A stretch of DNA of 51,608 nt, counting the filler, from Catajapyx aquilonaris (Eukaryota), in the NCBI GenBank assembly GCA_000934665.2. It is 2 parts of 2 records of this genome, joined end to end, with 100 filler letters (N's around TTAATTAATTAA, not from the genome) between each part and the next. Parts side by side here need not be neighbours in the genome. Positions count along the whole stretch, not along the records: positions 25,881 to 51,608 come from JYFJ02005311.1; 1 more part is not named here. One strand, written 5' to 3'. Of this stretch, positions 28,436 to 38,794 are shown one piece after another. Positions within the stretch are counted from its first letter, which is position 1, and each line of letters opens with the position of its first letter. A model generated the notes under the pieces. That model was given only the letters and a program-made list of their open reading frames with translations. It searched no databases and had not been told where the DNA came from. The translations under genes were made by a program, and so were the position numbers.

Positions 28436-29010
28436 CAGGGACACCCCAAATTATTACCAAATAAGATAATGAATACAACTGAACAAAAAAGTTTTTTTTT
28501 TTTTTTTGCATCGAAACAATCAATATCAGTTGTCAGTTGTGAAAAAAAATATCACTTTTCATTAGAATTTTCCAGTAGAAGGTGACAATGAGTATGGCTT
28601 TATTGGCGATCATATAACCACTCAGAACAATGACACAATAAGTGTCACCCCAACCAAACTTGGCCACGAAGAACGTTGGAGAGCTCATTTCGACTCATGC
28701 AGGCTCCTCTCTTCCGATATCTTCAGCCACAAATGCGAAGAGACGTCTCTTTAATTTTATGAGGTCACAGCTGAAGATCCCTACAATGTTCTATCAGCCA
28801 TGGTACAGAAATATAATGTTCCGGAGTCGATTCCGGGACATTATGCGGGCTTTGCATGTTTGTAACAATGAAGACATGCCTGATAAAAATTACCCCAACA
28901 GGGACAAGCTGTTCGAGGTAAGATAACCAAAGGGCTACAAAAACACACCAACAATAATAACCAACCCAGATAGCCCGACAGACTTGATATACCTTCCATT
29001 CACTTGACAC
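27985..29010 (+). repeat. Direct segmental duplication A (partner ~35690-36940)
   Basis: Collinear: DUF6729 piece, AAATTATTACCAAATAAGATA...GTTGTCAGTTGTGAAAAAA, piggyBac piece, ...CCTTCCATTCACTTGACACA. Confidence 0.92.
28783..28923 (+). pseudogene. piggyBac transposase fragment (N-terminal to the first catalytic Asp), copy 1
   Basis: MFYQPWYRNIMFRSRFRDIMRALHVCNNEDMPDKNYPNRDKLFE(VR) matches the piggyBac MSR.RF..I.R.LH..N....DKL.KVR motif. Ends at a probable donor GAG|GTAAGA (28918). Confidence 0.85.
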
Positions 29011-29037
29011 ACAGGGTGTACCTTACTACAGCAGTCA

Positions 29038-29838
29038 GGTGGGACGTGGTGGACACCGATAAATGGTACCATTCCTTTTTTCCTGCGGTGTCGACGCATA
29101 GGAGGGTTCATGGGCACGTGACCCGGATGGTTTCCGGTCACGGGCCCTTCCGAGCTTACCTGGTCCGTTTCCGGCGGTTGAAGGACGATGCTGGGGACGC
29201 GGCTCTCTGCCCGTGTGGACAGGGGAGGCAGGACGCCGCTCACGTGGTCTGGACCTGCTCCCTCCCAGAAATGACGGTGGCCCGGAAACTGCTCAGGATC
29301 GCTGCAGTGTCCAGAGGACTAGGCTGGCCCTGCTCACGGGCTGCCCTGGTGACTCACGTCTGGGAGGTGTTCAACACCTTTTGTCTACGGGCGGACGCAG
29401 TGCTGTCGGACATAAATGCCTAGCTTCGGGGCGGGACACTGGGCTAGGGCCTGGGGGATGCGTATGGGAGTGCTGCAGTAGAGTTGGGTCCTTGAGCATT
29501 CAGGGCATTGCTTCCCCCTCCCCCCATTTTCCCTTCCATACTTGTTTTTTGCTTTTAGAAAATCTTAAAATTTGCATAAATTTACCGAAAACTTGCATTA
29601 AATGTACGTTAAAATTCAACTGTTGTGAACTATCAGCTTTTCAGATCTTATTTGGCTCAGCTTCATTTTAAAATATAAATGTAATTTCTCTAACGTAAAT
29701 TCCATTAATCGTTTGATTGGAGTTCCTTTTGTGAGGACAGTAAATGTAAATTCTTGTTCTTGATTAGCCTTTGAATAATTGTGGATGATGAGATACATTG
29801 GCGCGGGGCCTTTATGGTCGGGTCGCCGTAACTCTGAC
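29038..29838 (+). mobile_element. 5'-truncated R1-clade non-LTR retrotransposon with 10-bp TSD (ACAGCAGTCA)
   Basis: ORF2 C-terminus VTRMVSGHGPFRAYLVRF...LCPCG...QDAAHVVWTC (R1/I-group zinc knuckle), stop at 29423, ~415-nt 3'UTR. TSD copies at 29028-29037 and 29839-29848. The empty site is visible in the paralogous block near 38516-38525. Confidence 0.9.
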
Positions 29839-30028
29839 ACAGCAGTCACCCTACTAGTTGACCCAAAGAAAGTGGCAAATGTTGGGGGAGATATGTTGCG
29901 AGACCAACAAGGTAGACAACCAGACTCATTGGCCTGGGTACAGGATATGAGCTTGACAATCATGACAGTTGGGATTTTGAGATATAGCCTCTTTCACATA
30001 AGTGATTAGTGGGATTTATTATATACCA

Positions 30029-30900
30029 TGGAGGCGGTGGTCAGCCAGCTCTGCAGGCGCCACCGTAATGACTCGCGGGGCCAGGGCAAATGGAGGTCAA
30101 GATGGACGAAGGTCGCGGGAGACTACGAGAGCCTTCGCAACTGGTTCTATGATTGCGCAGACCTGGCAGGTTCTGGCATTGCCCTGCCGCTGGTGAATGT
30201 GGTCACCATCTGGAACTGGTTCCGGAAGAGGGAGCGAACCATGGAGTGCCACGTCACCATTGCCCCTTCCCCTCTCCCAGCAGCAACCTCTCGGCCCACG
30301 GAGCTGCCGCCACCTCCTGAGCAGCCCTTGGTATACGAAGAGGCCCCTGACACCGTGGGGACTGCTGTACGGACTGCCAAGGGGAGGAAGAGGAAGGCCG
30401 GTCCCGCTGCTGCAGAGGGTCCTGGTGTGCCCCCACAGCCAGGTCCCAGCTCCCAGCACCAGGCAGCGGGTCCCTTGCATCTATATGTGGTGACTCCGGA
30501 TGGACGCTTGGTTTTACAACAGCCATCTGCCCAACCCATCCTCCATGTTCCTCCGGCCATCTCCGTTCCGAGGACGACCATGTGGAGGAGGAAACAAAAA
30601 CAGAAAAGGGTCATGGAGGCAGATAGTTCCCAGGGGCTATCTGGAGGGGCCACCCTGGCCCCCATCGAGTCACACCAAATCCTGAACCAGAGGACATACA
30701 TGTGTGGCAGCAACATGCCGGCCAACAGGAAGACCGGCCACTTGCGGAGCAAGACAGGAAAGATGTGTACTGCCCCAACGAGCCTGGCGTCCTACCCTTC
30801 GAGGGCTCGAAGAAGCAAATGGATGGAGGGAGCTGAACTGCAGCATATTAATGGGAGTGTGCTTGATAGTGGTGGCAGTATCCTCTTAGCCCTCCCCGCA
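30029..30900 (+). pseudogene. DUF6729-element C-terminal half fragment
   Basis: EAVVSQLCRRH...LPLVNVVTIWNWFRKRER...RPTELPPPPEQPLVYEEAPDTVGTA...VPRTTMWRRKQK...RTYMCG..MPANRKTGH. Paralogue of 32490-33260. Confidence 0.8.
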
Positions 30901-31020
30901 AATGTTAATTTAAAAATCGTACGGGGCGCTGGTCACTAAATTTACTTCCAGTAAATAAAGGACGCAAGAGGATATCTTACAAGTAAGTGCAAAATATTCA
31001 GGAGACTGTCTTGATTCGTG

Positions 31021-31510
31021 GCCACCAACGTGGAATTGATATCACGGTTTGGCTGCATCTTGACATGACATGAAATCAATCCTGTCGTTTATGAATATTG
31101 TCGGAAAGCGGCTTAAATGTACGTGACGCTCTACCCCTGGTATTACATGCCACCTACCGTATATAAGATACTGATTCACGGATCAGCTGTGGTGAAAGGG
31201 GGCCATGCTGCCAATAGGTAAGGTTGTGTACAAAACAACAATGTGTTTCTGCCCCATTTATTACAGCATTAAAACATTGACAACCCATTGATTTTCATAA
31301 CGACTTTTACCAGGTGAACTTTCGGAAGAAGCATTGGAAGCTACCAACAAGATTCTCCGAAATTACAGGGAACGTCACACACGGAAATTTTCCAGTGTTG
31401 CTACCAACAAAGATTTATTCAATCGTCTCCTGATCAGTTCAGATCCATTCATTACAACACTCCGTGGCCTGCCAAAAATGACACTAAAGAGACTTCACGA
31501 CAACGTGAGA
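31021..31510 (+). pseudogene. Transib (RAG1-like) transposase C-terminal fragment with a retained intron at 31218-31313
   Basis: NVELISRFGCIL...HEIN...YVTLYPWYYMPPTVYKILIHGSAVV-AMLPIG|ELSEEALEATNKILRNYRERHTRKFS.VATNKDLFNRLLISSDPFI. This contains the diagnostic Transib motifs YPWYYMPPTVHKILIHG and LSEEA.EA.NK (catalytic Glu). The GTAAGG...TTTACCAG intron splits the Gly codon. Confidence 0.92.
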
Positions 31511-31734
31511 CGACTTTCATCAGCCCAAGTGGAGGAGAAAGATGGACAAGACTCAGACGGAAATGCGATGGAGAGCGCATGTTTAAAATATTGTAACATT
31601 CATCATTACGCCATTGACGCTGTATATTACTATAAAGTTGCTTATAGGCCTATGTAATGGACACCCCGTGACAGGGTTCCTTGGGCCTTTTAGGGGATCA
31701 AAAGCTGTTTATATCTTGTCTCGAGCAACCTGGC

Positions 31735-31883
31735 GCCACCTTCCTGAAATAATTGATCAGAAAAATACAAGTTGCTGCGGGGTAGAAGGATGCAAAGGTC
31801 GCTCAAAAGTACGATGCACCTTCTGCAAAGTCTTCTTGTCGATAACCTCACAGGAATATGGTTTCTTGAAGTGTCATAAGTAA
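31735..31883 (+). pseudogene. piggyBac C-terminal cysteine-rich domain fragment
   Basis: RHLPEIIDQKNTSCCGVEGCKGRSKVRCTFCKVFLSITSQEYGFLKCHK* fits the H.P...RC...C....C..C.V.LC....NCF..H CRD. AATAAA follows at 31988. Confidence 0.8.
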
Positions 31884-32034
31884 TGAATTACTTTGGACAC
31901 CCAAATCTCTCTTATCACTCCTCTGTCATTGTAAGTGAAAAACTGTAATGTAGCATTTTTGTATTTCTTGTGATTTTGTAGATGGGCAATAAAGTGTTTT
32001 CGAAGACCACTGAGTGGAGGCGGAAGCAGAAGCC

Positions 32035-33400
32035 TGCTGGAGTCCTGCTGGAGTCCTGGAGGAGGTTGTAGAGGAGGCTGACCCAACTCTGGATTCTGGC
32101 GGCACTCCTGGCATGGAACGGGTGGATGCTCTGGCCGCTGCACTCTTGCTAGTGAGCGGCCCCATCTCCCAGTCCCACGCTCAGCAGCTGAGGGACCTCT
32201 TCGGCCAGCTCAGCCTATTTGACAAGAGGCCCATCACGTACATTGTCCGGACGCACGGCACCCAGGAGGCCGCACCAGCACCAGATGGTGCAGGGGCGGA
32301 GTCTCGAGATTCTTTGCCCGAAGGAAGAGCGGGTTCACCAGCATCGAACTGGTTCAGAAGTAAGTGAGATTCATTTAGGTCGAGACTATCACACCGGGAT
32401 CAGGATTCACCATCTGTGCGCTTGCTTCCCCCTGCAGAGCGTTTACGTCTGGAAGGACTTCTGCCACCCACCCCAGCTGCAGCCGACTGGTGGAGGCTGT
32501 GGTGCGCGGGCTGGCCCAGAAGCACCCGCATGACGCTCAGGCCCAGGGCAGGACTCGTACCCGGTGGTGGCTCATGGACCAGGCCTATGGGTTGCAGCAA
32601 GGCTGGGTCCTCGAGTGCCCTGCTCTTAAGGGTTCGGGCATCGCCTTGCCCAACCTTAACGTGACCACCATTTCAGCTCGGTTCCGGGGCAGGGCGAGGT
32701 GGAGGGAGAGGGACACCCTCTTGGAGGGCCACGCTCTACCAGACCCAGTCCACACCGCCTCATCAACGCTGCCGGCAGCCTCCTCCCGGCCCACGGAGCT
32801 GCCGCCACCACCTCGGCAGCCCCTGGTGTTTCCTGAGGCCCCGGACACCGTGGGGACTGCCCGGACCAGGAAGAGGAGAGGAGGTCCTGCCCCAGCGCTG
32901 CACCCACAGCTGGCTCCAACCGCCCAGCTCTTCATGATCACCCAGGATGGGCATCTGGTTCCCCAGCAACCAGGTGCCCACCCCATTCTTGCTGCCCCTC
33001 CTTCAGACGGTCCTCCGGCACCCAAGATGTCCAAGACCACTGAGTGGAGGCGGAAGCAGAAGCTGAAGTTGGTGGAGGCGTCTGGGTCGCAGGGTCCATC
33101 TGGGGAGGCTGCATCCCACGTAATGAAAGTCAGGACCTACGTGTGCTCCCTGTGCGCTAGGCCTGCAAACCTGGAGACAGGCCACCGTAGGTACCTTGGG
33201 CGGATGTTTTGCCCCCAAGGTCCACGGGCAAGACCTTGGCGCGTGGAAGGAGAAGATGAAGGAGGGGTGAGATGCAGCCATCACCATCTCCAAACAGTGG
33301 ATGTCCGGGTGTGTGTGGGTGTGCATATTCTCCTGTGTACATATTGTACATATTCCTTCCCTTATCCTCCTGTCCAGAACGCCTGGTGGACGCAAGTGTT
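32035..33400 (+). pseudogene. DUF6729-element C-terminal half (longest copy), intron 32360-32437, terminal CxxC...H...C zinc finger and 3' trailer
   Basis: PGMERVDALAAALL...LSLFDKRPITY...(frameshift)RFFARRKSGFTSIELVQK|AFTSG...CSRLVEAVVRGLAQKHP...LPNLNVTTISARF...KMSKTTEWRRKQK...YVCSLCARPANLETGHRRYLGRMFCP. Confidence 0.85.
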
Positions 33401-33420
33401 AGACGGTAGCACCTGGCACT

Positions 33421-34945
33421 ACCCCGACTCCCGCTGCTGACTTGGTGCCGACGGGATGGTCCGCCAACATGCCGCTGGCGGACAGGCAGTTTTACTGGTC
33501 GCTGCTGTACACCCAGAGTGGACTGGTGGACGGAGGGTCCTTGCTGAACTGGTACTGTCCGCTCGAAGCCCGCATCAGTTCCTCCCAGGAGCCCTCTACA
33601 ACCAGCTACTTCCGCCGGCGACTGTTTCTTTGGGCCCCAAAGAGGATGTGGGGCCTGACCCTGTCGTGCCCGGGGTGTGGGAGGGCCCTGACCCAGAAGG
33701 GCTTGTACCCTCACGTACGTGTGGTCCTCGACCTGAAGGATTGGTATTACTTGGTCGGAGACTACTACGGTTGCCCAGATGCAAGGTTCAACGTCACACT
33801 CAGGGCCTGGGACGACAGGGTCATGGCCCAGCTCCCGGAGGATCTCAGAGAGGGGTTTCCAGCCGTCCTCACCTACCACTATGCCTGCGACACGGCAGTG
33901 GTCAGCTTTCTCCGGCAGCGGACCATGGGCAACAGCCCCACGGCCCTGTGCAGGCAGCTGGAACGGCTGCATCAGGAGGAGTGGGCCAGAAAGCAGTTGG
34001 CCTACCTGGCGCAGGCGGCCAGGTACTGGTCGGGGATGAGGAGATTTTGCGGGGTGGGAGAGCCCAGACCATAGAGTCCCCCACTCCAGCCCGACCTGCC
34101 CACGCCAAAGTGGTTCCTGGCGGCATGCGTGCGGGACGTTCTGGGACGATTGGAGGAGGTGAAGGCAGGCGTCACCAGCACATATTGGGAGGTCCTTAAG
34201 GTGGACTCCACCAAGAAGACTGCACGGAAGCTGCAGGGGGAGATGGTAGGGACTGCGGCTTGGCTCACCTCCGTGGGCAATGAGAAGGGAGAGGTGCTGG
34301 CCAGCGTCCTCACCACCTCGGAGGCGGTTGATGCCCTCCAGGAGCTGGCCAGTGGCCTGGTGCGGAGGTTCCGGGAGGCTGGACAGGCCCCTCCATCCGT
34401 CCTGTACACGGACCGGGACTGCTGCCGTGCCGACGGAGTGTCCAGCAAGTTCCAGACCCTGTTCAAGGACTGGGGTAGCCTGCGGAAGCTGAGCCAGAAG
34501 GAGCTGTCCAGGCACTGCCGTCGGAGCACTCGGGGTGTGGCGGAGACCACCAGAGCCATCGGTGAGCTGCTGGACGGCTTTGGCCTGGGTGAGCCGCTCC
34601 TCAGGGAAGAGGTGAGGGACATCTGGAGGGAGCAACAGCGGCATGTTGCTTGCCTCCAGGACCCGCCAGGGGTGACCCTCTACAAGCAAGTGAGCATGGA
34701 GAACAAGGGCAGTGCCCGGAGGCCAGTCCCCCTTCCAGTCTATCTCTGTGCCAGGGGCACCACGTCCCTGGAGTCATTCCACGCCCATTTGGTGCGGTTT
34801 GTTCCAGGGACGTCAGCAGGTGCCATGAATTTCCAGGTGAGACGGGGATTCGAATCCCCTCCCNCCCCCCCCGTTTGGGTGTTCCTAACAATCTCTCTTT
34901 CAGGCTTACTTGCTGGACGGCCTGTCCCAATGGAACCGGGACAGG
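33421..34945 (+). pseudogene. DUF6729 domain plus putative DDE transposase core; one in-frame TAG (34072-34074), probable internal deletion near 34482, intron 34837-34903
   Basis: YFRRRLFLWAPKRMWGLTLSCPGC...LTQKGLY..VRVVLDLKDWYYLVGDYYGC...FPAVLTYHYACD (DUF6729 as recalled), then LKVDSTKK, LYTDRDCC, HCRRSTRGV, HVACLQDP, CARGTTSLESFH, MNFQ|AYLLDGLSQWN. ORFs 33442 and 34129 are in the same frame. The intron has GTGAGA, a CCTAAC branch point and CTCTCTTTCAG. Confidence 0.85.
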
Positions 34946-35400
34946 GCCATCTCCGTGCCGAGGACGACCATGTGGAGGAGGAAACAGAAGCAGAAACGGG
35001 TTATGGAGGCAGCTGGTTCCCAGGGTCCATCTGGAGGGGCCTCCTTGACCCCTGCAGAGCACATCCTCAGCCAGAGGACTGACATGTGTGGCAAGTGTAA
35101 CTCCCCGCCAACCGGGATACGGGCCACTTGCGGCACAAGGGTAAGAGGTACTGCCCCAACGAGCCGGGTGTCCTTCCCTACGCGGACTGGAAGAGGCAAC
35201 AGGAAGAAGGGAGCTGAGCGGCAGCAGCTTGCTTCTCTTCCTGCAAGGACAGTGCGCGTGTTGGTGGTCAGTGTCCTCTTAGCCCTCCCCGCAACCTCAG
35301 GACGGCGGGTGGCGAGGAGTGTGTGAATGCACATATTTTTCCCTTGTCCTCCCCCCAACCTATCCAGGAGGACGCCTGGTGGACCCACGTTGTTAGGTTG
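34946..35400 (+). pseudogene. DUF6729-element C-terminal module fused directly to the core (internal deletion), plus 3' trailer
   Basis: AISVPRTTMWRRKQKQKRVMEAAGSQGPSGG...QRTDMCGKCNSP. The junction GACAGG|GCCATCTCC is explained by paralogues 37965-37975 and 30555-30570. Confidence 0.8.
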
Positions 35401-35639
35401 GTTTCCCATTCCTTCCCCCCCTATTCACCCCCACGATGGTATTTCAACCTTGACGTGGTGTGGGGGCTTGCGTTCTCTAAGACTAAGACTAAGGGAGATA
35501 CCAACCTGAATCAGTTCCAACAACTTGATTACGTGAACAGACATTCAACTAAAGAACAAATACATTTTTGATGATAATAAATTATGAGTTTCATGCTTAC
35601 TATATGATTTTCGTCCTGAAAAAGACATTGCAGAAAGGA

Positions 35640-36130
35640 CGGAGACGTACATGTGTGCCAAGTGTGCCAAGTGCCGGACGTCAGTGTGGAGGAGGAAACA
35701 AAAACAGAAAAGGGTGATGGAGCCTGCTTGTTCCCAGGGTCCATCTGGAGGGGCCTCCTTGGCGCTTACAGAATCAGAGCACATCCTCAGCCAGAGGACG
35801 TACATGTGTGCCAAGTGCAACCGCCCCGCCAACCGGGATACGGGCCACTTGCGGCACAAGGGTAAGAGGTACTGCCCCAACGAGCTACTCTTCCTCCTAC
35901 TCTTCAACGACTGGAAGAAGCAAATGGATGAAGGGAGCTGAACTGCAGCATCTTGCTTCTCCTCCTGCAATGACAGTGTACGTCCTGAGGCAAGCGGTAT
36001 GGGACATCTGGAGGGAGCAACAGCAGCACGTCACTTGCCTCCAGGACCCAGTGGGGGTCAGCCTGTACAAACGCCTCGGGACAGAAAACAAAGGCAGTGC
36101 CCGGAGCCCTGTCTCACTCCCTGTGTTCGG
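35640..36130 (+). pseudogene. DUF6729-element C-terminal module plus core piece (duplicate of 27985-28430)
   Basis: WRRKQKQKRVMEPACSQGPSGG...RTYMCAKCNRPANRDTGHLRHKGKRYCPNE...DWKKQM, then LRQAVWDIWREQQQHVTCLQDPVGVSLYK. Confidence 0.8.
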
Positions 36131-36131
36131 G

Positions 36132-36190
36132 TTGATTGATTGATTGAAGGTTTAATGGCGCAACAGCAGCAATGGCTATACTGCGCCAAG
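36132..36190 (-). mobile_element. 3' terminus of an I-group LINE or its SINE partner (stem-loop plus (TCAA)n tail); the insert may extend to ~36374
   Basis: Minus strand TTGGCGCAGTATAGCCATTGCTGCTGTTGCGCCATTAAACCT(TCAA)4. Absent from the paralogous site near 28430. Confidence 0.7.
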
Positions 36191-36713
36191 CACCTGTGAC
36201 GTTGTAGGGGAGGGCAGGCAAGGCCACCCCACCCCCAACGTTAACTGAACAAAATGTGTGTTTTTTATTTTATTTTTTATTTTTTTATTTTTTTTAAAAA
36301 TGAGATAATTAATTAATTAATTAATTATCTTATTACTTGAGCATTTATTACAGTAGCGACTATAAAATTTCAATAGGCAGGGCCACCACAAATTATTACC
36401 AAATAAGATATTGAATACAACTGAACAAAATAGTTTTTTTTTTGCAACGAAACAATCAATATCAGTTGTCAGTTGTGAAAAAAAATATGACTTTTCATTA
36501 GAATTCTTCAGTAGAAGGTGACAATGAGTATGGCTTTATTGGCGATCATATAACCACTCCGAACAATGACACACGTCACCCCAACCAAACTTGGCCACGA
36601 AGAACGTTGGAGAGCTCATTTCGACTCGTGCAGGCTCCTCTCTTCCGATATCTTCAGCCACAAGTGCGAAGAGACGTCTCTTCAATTTTATGAGGTCACA
36701 GCTGAAGATCCCG

Positions 36714-36856
36714 ACAATGTTCTATCAGCCATGGTACAGAAATATAATGTTCCTGGGTCGATTCCGGGACATTATGCGGGCTTTGCATGTTTGTAAAAAT
36801 GAAGACATACATGATAAAAAATTACTCCAACAGGGACAAGCTCTTCAAGGTAAGAT
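36714..36856 (+). pseudogene. piggyBac transposase fragment, copy 2
   Basis: MFYQPWYRNIMFLGRFRDIMRALHVCKNED...RDKLFK|GTAAGA; duplicate of 28783-28923. Confidence 0.85.
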
Positions 36857-37227
36857 AACCAAAGGGATACAAAAACACTCCCATAATAACAAACCCAGAT
36901 AGCCAGACAGACTTGATATACCTTCCATTCACTTGACACATCTTGGAGGCTTATCATACCCGACGTGCAGAAGACAAGTCGAAAGTCAGCGTTATGTGTA
37001 TCACAATCCCTTCCAGGTTTTGAATAAACAAGTTTAAAATTTCAAGTCACCTCTTTAGATGATCTTTTCTTCATAAATTATGCGGATAAACACTAAAATT
37101 GTGTTGTACACTGTAACCCCACTAACGTACGCCACTTAGTTACTCATAAATCATGCCATTCTTGGGAGGTCCTGACCGGAATTGTAAGGGGCCAACTCAT
37201 TAGAATATTCAGAGAAGACTTCATTGT

Positions 37228-37587
37228 TGTGTGTGTAATAAAACACCCTTTAAATAATGGGACATTTCGCGCCAGGGATTTCCAGTGCCATCAAGAGCTT
37301 GTTCATATTCCGTCGTAGGAGCTGCTTTAATGTCATGTCTTCCCTATTATTTCGAGCCTACGCTATTAAAATCTCTTCCGCCAACAACCTCAACTTACTA
37401 CAATACTCTTGACAGTTGAGAGAATCCACTGCTACAAGAACCATGGGAGAGAGGACCAGATAATGGCTACCAGGGAGCTACAAGAAACTAATGGTGCAGC
37501 AGTGTCTTTGCTGGACTACACCTAGCCATTGCCGAAATTATCCGGCTAAGCAGACGGACACTTTATCGCTGTTGACGACTTTGACTT
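37228..37587 (+). repeat. Direct segmental duplication C (partner ~40310-40557, which lacks ~105 bp)
   Basis: Shared GACATTTCGCGCCAGG, GTTCATATTC.GTCGTAGGAGCT, CCATGGGAGAGAGGACCAGATAATGGC and TTGCCGAAATTATCCGGC. Confidence 0.9.
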
Positions 37588-38187
37588 AGAGCAGACCACC
37601 ACAGCGATCGGTGACCTGCTAGACCGCTTCGGCCAGACCACCGGCACCTTGGGTGGGCCGCTACATCTGGAGGAAGCAACAGCGGCACGTTGCTTGCCTC
37701 CAGGACCCAGTGGGAGTGTGTCTGTACAAACAGGTCGGGGTGAAGAACAAGGGGAGTGACAGGAAGCCAGTCCCCCTTTCGGTGTGCCAGGGGCACCACG
37801 TCCCTGGAGTCATTCCACGCCCATTTGGTGCGGTTTGTTCCAGGGACGTCAGCAGGTGCCAAGAATTTCCAGGTGAGACGGGGGTTCGAATACCCTCCCC
37901 CCGTTTGGGTGTTCCTAACAATCTCTCTTTCAGGCCTACTTGCTGGATGGCCTGTCCCAGTGGAACCGGGACAGGTCCGAAGCTGCGGTAGACCTGGAGG
38001 ACCCAGCTAGCCAGGTCTCTCGCCGCCTGCAGCAGGTGATCAACCGGCTGTCGGACGCGCAGCTCGGGGAAAAACTATACCCTAGGTATCGGGCCCTCAG
38101 CAAATACACTGGGGAGGCTCTGGGAGTGGAGTACCTCCTGAGGCAGTCGGGTGGTGCCATGCTGGAGGGTGAAGCCCTGGACCAGCC
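37588..38187 (+). pseudogene. DUF6729-element catalytic-core fragment with intron 37873-37933
   Basis: EQTTTAIGDLLDRF...IWRKQQRHVACLQDP...CARGTTSLESFHAHLVRFVPG..NFQ|AYLLDGLSQWNRDR...KYTGEALGVEYLLRQSG. Supplies sequence deleted from the 33421-34945 copy. Confidence 0.85.
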
Positions 38188-38189
38188 CC

Positions 38190-38704
38190 AAGTGTGAAGA
38201 GGTGTCTCTTCAATTTTATGAGGTCACAGCTGAAGATCCCGACAATGTTCTATCAGCCATGGTACAGAAATATAATGTTCCGGAGTCGATTCCGGGACAT
38301 TATGCGGGCTTTGCATGTTTGTAACAATGAAGACATTGTGGCAGCACTGTATGCTATTTGAATTTAAACATGCCTGATAAAAATTACCCCAACAGGGACA
38401 AGCTGTTAGAGGTAAGATAACCAAAGGGCTACAAAAACACTCCCACAACAATAACCAACCCAGATAGCCAGACTGACTTTTTCTATTCACTTGACACACA
38501 GGGTGCACCTTCCTACAGCAGTCACCCTACTAGTTGACCCAAAGAAAGTAGAAAATGTTGGGGGAGATATGTTGCGAGACCAACAAGGTAGACAACCAGA
38601 CTCATTGGCCTGGGTACAGGATATGAGCTTGACAATCATGACAGTTGGGATTTTGAAATATAGCCTCTTTCACATAAGTGATTAGTGGTATTTAGATATA
38701 CCAT
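38190..38704 (+). repeat. Direct segmental duplication B (partner 28735-29037 + 29849-30028, i.e. without the R1 insert)
   Basis: Collinear through CCCTACTAGTTGACCCAAAGAAAGT...CACATAAGTGATTAGTGG...ATATACCAT. Confidence 0.92.
38242..38420 (+). pseudogene. piggyBac transposase fragment, copy 3 (with a small insertion)
   Basis: Same MFYQPWYRNIMFRSRFRDIMRALHVCNNED sequence, with a ~35-bp insert near 38337-38370. Confidence 0.8.
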
Positions 38705-38794
38705 AACTATAATTAAAAGTTGTTCTCTCTCTCTCACACACAATCACACACAGATCTGCCGTCTCATAAGGAAAAAAATATTGCCACAAAACCC

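Noticed and set aside
33157..34689. 510-aa minus-strand ORF, the longest in the window
   Set aside because: It is the in-register antisense shadow of the GC3-rich DUF6729 frame (few TTA/CTA/TCA codons on +). No recognisable motifs.
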